The position numbers and the translations under genes are program-made. Positions 54,544 through 64,000 of a DNA stretch of 64,000 nt are shown here, in pieces. Location: assembly GCA_964016885.1 (NCBI GenBank), contig OZ024743.1, positions 330,336,001 through 330,400,000 of the forward strand. The letters run 5' to 3'. The notes beneath the pieces are model-generated. The model saw only the letters and a program-made list of their open reading frames with translations. It was not told where the DNA came from and searched no databases. The stretch is from Eledone cirrhosa (lineage: Eukaryota). Every line of letters starts with the position of its first letter. Position 1 is the first letter of the stretch.

Positions 54544-54593
<50 letters not shown>

Positions 54594-54663
54594 CAGTAGT
54601 AGTAGTAGTATTAGAAGCAGCAGCAGCAGCAGCAGTAGTAGCAGTAGTAGTAGTAGTATTAGA

Positions 54664-54695
<32 letters not shown>

Positions 54696-54708
54696 TAGTA
54701 GCAGTAGC

Positions 54709-54761
<53 letters not shown>

Positions 54762-54772
54762 CAGTAGTAGTA
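54355..54772. repeat. (TAG)n/(CAG)n trinucleotide array
   Basis: Direct reading. Its polarity is opposite to that of 16055-16462. Confidence 0.97.
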
Positions 54773-54840
54773 TAAAACAGTGTCAAAGTAGAAGATGTAT
54801 GTATGATAACATAACTGATCTTAATAAAAAAAGAAAGAAA

Positions 54841-54948
54841 TGTTTAATACTAAACTATAAAGCAGGCGATTACATGTTTAATACTAAACTATAAAGCAGG
54901 CGATTACATGTTTAATACTAAACTATAAAGCAGGCGATTACATGTTTA
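54841..54948. repeat. Perfect 34-bp tandem triplication
   Basis: tgtttaatactaaactataaagcaggcgattaca occurs three times. Confidence 0.95.
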
Positions 54949-55020
54949 TTTAAAGGTTTTCACAAATCTTCCAGTAATGATTCCTTTTAAATTCCTCAAA
55001 TAAAAATTCATGATTTAATT

Positions 55021-55190
55021 GTTTCTACTATTGGCACAAGGCCAGAAAATTACCCAGTACATTACTGGTACTTTATTTTATCGACCCCGTAAGGATGAAA
55101 GGCAAAGTTAACCTCGGCGGGATTTGAACTCAGAATGGCAAGGGCCGTAACTCTATGCGTCAAAGCATGGCGTCCGAACCTCTACCGATA
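55021..55190 (-). mobile_element. SINE, copy 2
   Basis: Reverse complement of the 15038-15198 family. Confidence 0.85.
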
Positions 55191-55879
55191 CTGCATGATT
55201 TAATGATCAAATTTAACAACTCATAAATTATAATGGAAGAAAAATACACAAAAATGTCTCTATTTTTAGAACCTAGTCAATTTTTAACAGGATCGTATCC
55301 CACGGTAACATCATCAGCATCACATTGTTACCATGTACTCTAAAAATAGTAGCTTAATAATTGTGATTAATTATAAAATATTATCATATATTAATTATAA
55401 AATATTATCATATATTAATTATAATTAATTGTAATGCGTATTTTTCATATAAAAATACAATAATTACATAACAGATCATCGGCAGCCGATTAATCAATAA
55501 TTGGTATCGGACGATTAATCTATACCCAGTAATAGTCCACTTTTCTTATCAGTGCAACCGAAATACATACTAGTAATTAGTGTGGTCGGTGGTTGGTTTA
55601 TGGAATTTAAGGGCCAGGAAATATGGATGATGTCTGAGAACAAGTATACACTTTTTATTATATGATTAGCTTTGAATTTCTGGGTGAATTGTTTACGGGT
55701 TAAGATATTCGGCAGTCTTATGTTTTATGTGGATAGCTTCGGGTTTATTCTAGATATATTTACGTTCGGATTTAGATATTTGGCGGTCTTATTTACATAT
55801 AGATTCACTGTGAATAGTTTAATCCAGTGACACCCGCTACCCCATCTTACGGGTCTCCTTCTTCAGGCGGGCTGCTTTC

Positions 55880-56200
55880 TCTCTGATTTTACGAAGGAAA
55901 TTAGCAGTTCAGGGACTAAGGCCATCTGAGGTCGGGATAGCAACCGGTACGAAAAGAAAGCCGTCGGTCAAGTAGCGGTATTTAGTTACCTTTTTCTCCT
56001 CGAGTTGAGGGCAGCGGTACCCGGGTTTGCGGCCGAAGCGACAAGGCTGGATGTGGAGAACGAGTCGCAACACATCACATTCCATGCTATAAATTTACCT
56101 TCTTTCAATGGGAAAGAGGTTATACCGTCGGGGCACTTACCATCACCAAGTTTGAGGCCAGCTGACTCCAGTTTTGACGGGGAAATGGCCATTCTCCGCG
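55880..56200 (-). mobile_element. CRE-clade-like retrotransposon restriction-like endonuclease fragment
   Basis: LESAGLKLGDGKCPDGITSFPLKEGKFIAWNVMCCDSF..AANPGTAA, then KYRYLTDGFLFVPVAIPT, fits the PDG..WD..K..KY..F.P.A.ET pattern. Confidence 0.7.
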
Positions 56201-56895
56201 ACAATACTTTTTCCATTTTATCTGCGGGGCGCAGCTGAAACACGAGTCAGACGCGGGCATAGGTTCTGTCACTCCCTCTCCTCTCCCTTTCCTTCGTTGT
56301 TTAAATTCCCTTTTTCTTACTTTTCTTCTTATTTTTCTTTCTTTTTTCTTTCTTTATTGTCATGTATATTGTACAGTTTTTTCATAAAAATAATTTTAAA
56401 ATATATATTTAAGCTGTGTTCAAATCCCTGCAGCAAGGATAAGTGAGAGGGTGAATACTTTTCACTGGCGTTACAGGTCTTCAGTGTGTCCTTACTTACA
56501 CATAGTTGCCGAGATACGGAAGACAATATATTCTTAAAGATTTTGTAAACAAATCATCCATGGTACATATACTGTAAGCTAGTATCACTTAGCGACAAAA
56601 CTAATACAGCATGCTTCAGAAAAAAAGACGGATATAAAACCACATAATATTTGCTGTGGTATGATTATGGCTTATATAAAGCGTTATTAAATGTATTATT
56701 TTTATTCGAAAATGTATTGTATGGTCCCGTAACTCGTGAGGGAGTCGTAGGGGCGAACTATTGACATACGGTGTTTCTAGGGCTTTTTTACACCTCACGG
56801 AGCCCATCTCCTCTCCAGGTTTGATTACAGCAGATTTCTCCCACAGAAGGAGAGAGAGTAAAAGAATGGAAGCGAAAAAGAGATATAGAAGAATA

Positions 56896-57030
56896 ATCGA
56901 CCCCAGTACTTTGCTGGTACTTTTTTATCGACCCCGAAAGGATGAAGGGCAAAGTTGACCTCGGCGGGATTTGAACTCAGAGACTAGAAAAAATGAATAC
57001 CGCAAAGCATTATATCTGACGTTCTAACGA
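56896..57030 (-). mobile_element. SINE, copy 3
   Basis: ctggtacttttttatcgaccccgaaaggatgaagggcaaagttgacctcggcgggatttgaactcaga. Confidence 0.85.
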
Positions 57031-57608
57031 CTACAATTCACCGTTTATATTGTATATAGACGTCTTTATTCTGAATGACGCTGTGTTAGTATGATCGCTA
57101 AGTTAGATAAGCGCTATGTATAGTTGCCATCTGATCGACTGGAGGTTGCTATGACTCATTACATAAATGACCAATGAACTGACACTAATGAAATAATTCT
57201 GTGATTGTTAACCGGTGGATGACGTTAGATTGGCTGTTTTTTGTGTATTGTTTTTGTTTTGAATGTATGGAGAATGAACTTTTGATGCGCTGATGTCTGG
57301 GCTGGTTGGTTGATTAACTCCGATGGTGGATGACAGAGTAATAAATAACTGAATGGTTAACTGGTTAGATGATGGTTAGATGATGGTTAGATGACGTATA
57401 AGTGGTAGGAAGGGTGGGTGGTTGTTCGCTATATAGAATGGAAGGATGAAAGAATATGTGATTGGCTAATTTGTGTGAGTTTTTGTTTTATTACCAGATG
57501 GTTGGATGGCGATTTGATAATGTGTTTTATTGGCCTGGATTAATATAAAACTACTCGAGGGAAACATACACTGACATACCGACACAAACATAAACATGCA
57601 CATACACT

Positions 57609-57699
<91 letters not shown>

Positions 57700-57753
57700 T
57701 GGATATTTCTTTATTGTACTGTGTCGATTGTTTTGTTCATTCCGATTACTTTT

Positions 57754-57795
<42 letters not shown>

Positions 57796-58370
57796 TGTGT
57801 GTGTGTGTGTAAATATATAAAGATTTCTTTCTCTATTGTTCTCCTTATATATATCTGTGTGTGTATTTCGTTACGAAAAAATATTTTTCTTCGGCAGAGA
57901 CGCTACCCATATATTTATTGTGAGTGTCAATATCAACAGAAGAGAGACTGTTTTAAGTGTACCCCTGTTTATTATGTGATCCTGTTATACGTATTTCAAA
58001 GACATCGAAGTGATTGCACAAGCTTTTGACGTATTTTCATCAGGCAGGTATTAAGTTGTAATGTTTTTGCTTTTGTTATGCTACCGTAGTTAGGAACGTG
58101 TTGGTAGTAGTCCCAATAATAAGCACACGTTTGTGACATTATTCATAGTGGACTGACTAGAAGAAAATGCAACCTGCAGCCAACCATATCACTGTTGGAA
58201 GGAAAGATTTTATAAACAACGTCTTAACCTACCACATTGATTTACTCGTTGAAAGTAATTCTTTATGTGCTTATACCGGAAGTTTGATATAACAAAGAAA
58301 ACATTATAGAAATGACAGAAAATACCATATCCACATGTATATATTTATTTAAACAGACACACACACACAT

Positions 58371-58497
58371 TGCCCTTTGTGTTCTGAGTTCAAATCCGCC
58401 GAGGTTAACTTTGCCTTTCATCCTTACGGGGTCGATAAAATAAAGTACCAGTAATGCACTGAAATAATCGCTGGCCTTGTGCTAAAAGTAGAAACAA
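58371..58497 (+). mobile_element. SINE, copy 4
   Basis: Near identical to 15085-15198. Confidence 0.85.
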
Positions 58498-58591
58498 TAT
58501 ATATATATATATATTAGATATTATTTTAATAATGAAAACAATAAGAAAGTGAAGTTATTTTACCTACCACGAGGGGTAGACACATTGAAAA

Positions 58592-58659
<68 letters not shown>

Positions 58660-58713
58660 GCGTGTGGTGTGTGTGTATGTGTGTGGTGTGTGTGTTTGTG
58701 TGTGTGTATCTAG

Positions 58714-58759
<46 letters not shown>

Positions 58760-58764
<5 letters not shown>

Positions 58765-59425
58765 ATTAGTATATCTACCAACATATGCGTACAGATGTAC
58801 ACTAATGCTAGCAAATACATAAGTTATGTCATAGTACCTAGGTGGTTCAATGCAGGAGGATGCAGAACAATTATATGAAAGACGTAAAATAAGAAAATTA
58901 AAAAAAAAATTGAACCACCTAGGTACTATGACATAACTTATGTATTTGCTAGCATTAGTGTACATCTGTACGCATATGTTGGTAGATATACTAATTCTCT
59001 ATATTTATCTCCAAATTATTTATTTGTTGAGCAAACCTGCCAAATCCACTACTAATTCATTGGTGTGGTAGTAGGTTTTTGTCATCTTACCAACCCACTC
59101 CTTCCGATTAGCCTCAGTGTCACGTGATTGATTCTTTAGAATCTGCCATTTGACCAGAGGCAGCGAACTTTTTCAGTGCATGGAATTCAGTCCCCGCTAG
59201 CTGTTCCATCCACCGAATTATTATTATTTTTATATGAGTCCCTAGTGTCCGCGCATTGCCTGGAGACTTGGCTGAGAATAGACTCCCTGATGACGTAATG
59301 AATTCTCGATGGTTACATTACGTAACTATCTTTATCCCATTACAGAAACTAATTAGTTGGAGTGAAAATTTTAGTAAGTAAGTTAATTTTTTATTTTTTA
59401 TTTTTTTATTTTCTTATTTTACGTC

Positions 59426-59431
<6 letters not shown>
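58760..59431 (+). mobile_element. Hammerhead-bearing unit (58909-59431) preceded by an inverted end-to-start junction fragment
   Basis: The 92-bp arms are 58760-58851 and 58909-59000. 58872-58905 is the reverse complement of about 59401-59434. The unit has microsatellite flanks. Confidence 0.78.
59282..59363 (+). ncRNA. Type I hammerhead ribozyme (extended stem II loop, GUU site)
   Basis: Stem I ACTCC/GGAGT; CTGATGA at 59287-93; stem II GTAATG/CATTAC with a C-A closing mismatch; GAAAC at 59345-49; palindromic AACTAATTAGTT. Confidence 0.75.
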
Positions 59432-59462
<31 letters not shown>

Positions 59463-59469
<7 letters not shown>

Positions 59470-59636
59470 ACTAGAAATTGATTGACATATAATTAAACGT
59501 ATGAAACAATCACAGGGGATAATTTGTAAAAGTGTGTAAGCACACATAGCTATGCGTGCTTACACAGTTTTACAAATTATCCCCTGTGATTGTTTCATAT
59601 GTTTAATTATATATCAATCAATTTCTAGTTGATATA
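59463..59636. repeat. 174-bp spacerless palindrome abutting (TA)n
   Basis: Centred on catag|ctatg (59549/59550), with about 4 mismatches. Confidence 0.95.
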
Positions 59637-59752
59637 AAATGCTCGGATCTACCCATTAGAATCTTGGAGCATATGTTACGGGTGATATGGTGCATGTCTA
59701 TCTTAATTTAATTTGATTTAATTTAAATGAATTCAATTTATCTTAATTTTGG

Positions 59753-59795
<43 letters not shown>

Positions 59796-59796
59796 A

Positions 59797-60403
59797 ACTA
59801 CAAGTTTTCCCTTCGAAATAGTCCCCCTCGAGTCTAACGGCTTTCCCATACTTCTCTGCCACACCTCCATGCCCCCCCCTCTGGAAGGATTCTCCCGAGG
59901 TACTCCACAGCTCTCTCGTCCAGAAAACGGGTCCCCTTGACTAATCGATGGTGATGACTCTCCTCAACAAGACTTGTTCAATTTCAAGACGCTCGAGGAT
60001 GTACTTCATGTGCCACTCCTTCTGGTCACCTTTCAGAAGTTTCGGCGCCATCTTCGCGCAGATCTTCCGCATGCCAGTATCTTCGGTGATATTCTTCCAA
60101 ATGATGTTGCCATTCATGCTCAGCTCATTTGCAATCATTCAAACTGTCAGCCGAAGGTCGCCACGCACCGCCTGCCTTACCCGTTAAATGTTATCCTCAC
60201 TCCAGCTCGCTGAAGGCCTTCTCCTCCTGGGGTCGTTTTCCACGTCCTCGTAGCCTCTCTTTGAACTTTTTGGGCTATTTGAAAGCCCCCGAGCGCGACA
60301 TCATCGCATATCGGTACACTTGCTGCAGTATTCCGAGTGTTTCTGACGGAATTTTCCCTAGTCGGACCAAAAACTACAGGTTGGTTCTTTGCTCAGTACC
60401 CAT
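59797..60403 (-). mobile_element. Internally deleted mariner transposase remnant
   Basis: EQRTNL.FLVRLGK..SET (HTH), RLTV.MIANEL, GMRKICAKMAPKLL and RRVITID (ITGDE-like) are joined to the C-terminal VRLEGDYFEG. Confidence 0.85.
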
Positions 60404-60622
60404 CGCTCGAACACCTAAAATTGAGAAGCTGTTATCAAAATCACGTAAAAAAAACATCCAATGGTTGCAGAGAGCTGAGATGGTAGTTATATAATCCCTG
60501 GATATTACGTCACATTATGACATGCAACCCGAAAACCCCTACCCCAGTCATACTTCGCACAGCAGACTAAGTCCTACACACACACACACACACACACACA
60601 TACTCACACACAGTCACACACA

Positions 60623-60667
<45 letters not shown>

Positions 60668-60778
60668 ATATATATATTATACATATATAAATATATATAT
60701 ATATTTTCAATGTGGTCTACCCTTCCTGGTAGATAAAATAACTTCACTTTGTTATTGTTTTCATTGTTAAAATAATAC

Positions 60779-60815
<37 letters not shown>

Positions 60816-60993
60816 TTAGGTTTGTTGGTTCACCACTGGATAGAATTGGTCATTCCGTATGGTCAATCTTGGTGTAATATTGTGGAGAATACTCAACGTA
60901 ATGCAGTTCACCCGTCTACGTTTGTGTAGTTGGTGTTGCGAATACGGAGTTAATTAAGGATTTACAAGGATTTACACCAGTCCAGCCTCCTGT

Positions 60994-61079
<86 letters not shown>

Positions 61080-61090
61080 ATATAAAGAGC

Positions 61091-61257
61091 GTTTCTAATT
61101 TTGAGATGTGAGCAATTGAATAAATCGACCTAAATACTTGACTGTTACTTTACTTTGGGAACCCTGGAAAGATGAGATGTAAAGCTGATTCGATAAATAT
61201 TAAGAGCTGGCAATAAATACCGCAAACCCTTTTCTCCGACCCTCTAACGATTTTGCC
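61091..61257 (-). mobile_element. SINE, degenerate copy 5
   Basis: atcgacc..tacttgactgttactttac..gatga..aaataccgcaaa..cgaccctctaacgatt. Confidence 0.6.
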
Positions 61258-61394
61258 AATACTTTTTTTCCTGCACACACGCGCGTGCGCTCACATACGC
61301 ATATATATATATATATATATATATATTCCGAAGAATCTTCTGTTTCTTCTTCCTCTCACGCTCCTATATTTTCCTTTGTTTCTCAATCTATCTT

Positions 61395-61422
61395 CTGATG
61401 AACGACTAATGTCCGAAACGTT
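61395..61422 (+). ncRNA. Degenerate minimal hammerhead core
   Basis: CTGATGA-A-CGAC-TAAT-GTCC-GAAAC-GTT. The downstream gcgttaaactaacac resembles gcgtgaacctaatactaacac after the 6120 core. Confidence 0.55.
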
Positions 61423-61462
61423 GCAAATATTTTCCTACTATATAAGGCGTTAAACTAACACA

Positions 61463-61500
<38 letters not shown>

Positions 61501-61611
61501 TATATATACACATATATAACTTCATTGTACTATATTGTTTCCCTATGTTCTTTTCTGTTTACTTTTTCACATACAATCCCGCACCCCATATGTATATGTA
61601 TATATATATAT

Positions 61612-61671
<60 letters not shown>

Positions 61672-61798
61672 GATATTAAACAAATGGAAACTATATTCAT
61701 AAAACCATACGAGTGCTTTATATCAGTTATAAAATATTTACTTGTAACCCAACAATTTTAAATAAAACCTTTGCATATATATATATATATATATATAT

Positions 61799-61882
<84 letters not shown>

Positions 61883-62160
61883 ACATATATACATATATAT
61901 AGTCAGACTCATCGCACCATCTAAATCGGACTTAGGCATAATTAGCAATCATATATTATACCACTACTTAAAGAAAAATCACACCTTAAACTATGGAACG
62001 GTACTAATGAAGTTATAGATTGGTTCAATAACATAAAATTAAAACATAACAAAAAATTCATTCAAATGGATATTGTAAATTACTACTACACTATTACTAC
62101 TCTATTACTCCTAGTTTACTTAATACAGTACTTATCTATGCGTCAAAACATACAGATGTA

Positions 62161-62213
62161 TCTAGTGATGAAGCGTACCAAAGTGTTGGTACCCTTGAAA
62201 TATATATAATAGA
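62161..62213 (+). ncRNA. Degenerate hammerhead-like motif in a (TA)n-flanked unit (61901-62355)
   Basis: TCTA-gTGATGA-AGcGTACCAA-agtg-TTGGTACcCT-T-GAAA-TATATA-TA-ATAGA. C3 is mutated to G. Confidence 0.45.
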
Positions 62214-62353
62214 ATAAATATGGTTTTATAAATATAGTTTCCATTTATTTAATATCATTATATATTATACTCCAGAAAACTTGTCGAGTGCTTTGAATCA
62301 GTTATAAACATTTATATTTGTTGAATCACCAACAAATTGAATATCCCTTCTGT

Positions 62354-62457
<104 letters not shown>

Positions 62458-62895
62458 TAACGGTCGCTAGAGGGCGTAATCAATACCATAGAATTCATGA
62501 TCCCATGAACCAATTGGCGAAATTCCAAAGAAACAAGACTCTGATCTGATCCTAATAAATATATATATATATATACATATACATATATGCGTGTGTGTGT
62601 GTGTTTGTGTGTGTGTTTGTGTGTAGTTTTTGATCATTTGTAGTTGTCAAGTGATTAAGTGTATTTGCAATAGTGACTGTGTATAATTGGTTGATTAACT
62701 AGATTTATCGATCTCTGTCGGCCCCATCTCGGTCGGTTCATGTGGTTAATATGATTGCGTGCTCCATTGCAGCTGCAGAGTCGTGTGTGTCTTCAATAGA
62801 ATGTCAGTGTGTTCACAGCTTAAAGACAGCGGCTGTTTGAAGTTGGTGAGCTGGACATATACATATTGTGGTCCTTTTACACGGACTTTAGACAT

Positions 62896-63386
62896 AGAGA
62901 GGGGGGGGGGGGGGGCAACGAGAGATGGAGAAGAGGGGGGCAAAGAGGTAGGAGGAGGTGGGAGGGGTGAGGGGTGAGCGGGTGGATGGAGGTGGGGTGG
63001 ATAGAGAGGGGGAGGGGGAGAGAGGGGGTGTAGAGAGATGGGGAGGGGGAAGAGAGGGGGAGAGGAGGCAGATAGAGGTGGGGTGCAGAGATAGGGGAGA
63101 GAGAGGGGGAAGCAAATAGAGAGGGGGGGGGAGGTAAAGAAGGAGGAGGGAGAGACAGGAAGAAAGGGGAGAACTAAATAGATAGATAGATATGTACAAT
63201 GAGAGTTTGAGAGAGAGCGAAAAAAAGAGAACTAGACAGAGATAGAGAGATAGATAGAATGAGAACGAGATAAAGAGAAAGAAAGGGAGAACTAGATAGA
63301 TGGGTTATGTAGAATGAGAGGGAGAGAGACAGAGAGAGAGAGGAGAAAGAAAGAAAGAAAGAAAGAAAGGGAGAAATAGATAGATA
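62896..63386. repeat. Polypurine G/GA/GAAA/GATA low-complexity tract
   Basis: Direct reading. Confidence 0.9.
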
Positions 63387-64000
63387 AATTTCTATTTATT
63401 TGCCACGAGGGCACAAAAGAAGGGGACATTTACACAGTGGGGGAGTTTACATAAATCGAGTAAAGAAAAAAGGAATAACAATAATAATATAACAATAAAA
63501 AGTCCTCAAAAGGGAGGGGGCGTGTTGGAGATTGCACATACCCCCGAAAAGTGTGCAACTCTTTTCGCGGGGGAAGCCCAGAGAGGAGGCGCTCCCCCTT
63601 TCCTCTTCAATTCTTCACCTACAGAACAATGTAGAGAGAAGGCCCATTTACACGGGCCATTCTCGCTTCTTTCACCCACCTTTCATAAAACTGTCTGGGA
63701 CCAAGCACTTCTCTCTCCATCCTGATTCTTCTTCCGAAGTGGTATCGGAAGAAGTAAACCAGGTGATGGCCGGAGAGAAAGTCACCCGACCTCAGACCTT
63801 TCAGGCGCGTCCACCACACAACCTCTTTCATCATGGCTATTACGCACAGAAAGACCGCCTCTGCTTCATTTCTGAAGGGAGGAGGCGGCTTGATGTTCAC
63901 CACAGACTCGGCGGTTAATCGAATCGGCGCCACACGCGTCAGCAGTCGTTCGACGTAGCTCCACAGATCGGCAACGCCCGGGCAGTGTACCAGTGCATGC
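63387..64000 (-). mobile_element. 3' end of an L1/Tx1-like LINE (continues beyond the window)
   Basis: The minus frame reads HALVHCPGVADLWSYVERLL..KEVVWWTRLK (end of the zinc knuckle), with a stop at 63619. A pyrimidine-rich 3' UTR with aataaa ends at (TATC)n. Confidence 0.75.

Noticed and set aside
51071-54775. 1234-aa and other long ORFs (poly-L/C/V, mucin- or antifreeze-like ATSVAAVTTAV)
   Set aside because: These come from a stop-free triplet satellite that is open in several frames and switches frame at indels, so there is no sign of coding constraint.
57897-58047. Possible exon (ttcttcggcag ... cag|gtatta)
   Set aside because: All three frames contain stops and no protein motif is recognisable.

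Overview
This is eukaryotic, repeat-dominated DNA with no supportable host protein-coding gene. Dense (TA)n/(CA)n microsatellites and a recurrent tRNA-type SINE suggest a cephalopod (octopus-like) genome; this is an inference. The centre (about 16.05-54.8 kb) is a G+T-skewed satellite complex: a ~31 kb array of a 38-bp unit plus 81-84-bp, ~50-bp and 33-bp arrays. It is interrupted by a 5'-inverted RNase-H-type LINE with a 15-bp target-site duplication. The flanks hold decayed retroelements (R4/Dong-like RLE element, RTE, CRE-like, Tx1-like), a deleted mariner and SINEs. The most interesting signal is a set of short non-coding units inserted into (TA)n tracts that carry hammerhead-ribozyme cores; one core is canonical and has a large branched stem II. 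Several units show terminal direct repeats or end-to-start junctions, as expected from a circular or tandem RNA template (retrozyme/Penelope-pLTR-like), and they sit among many near-perfect fold-back duplications. Nearly all ORFs in the supplied track are repeat artefacts.
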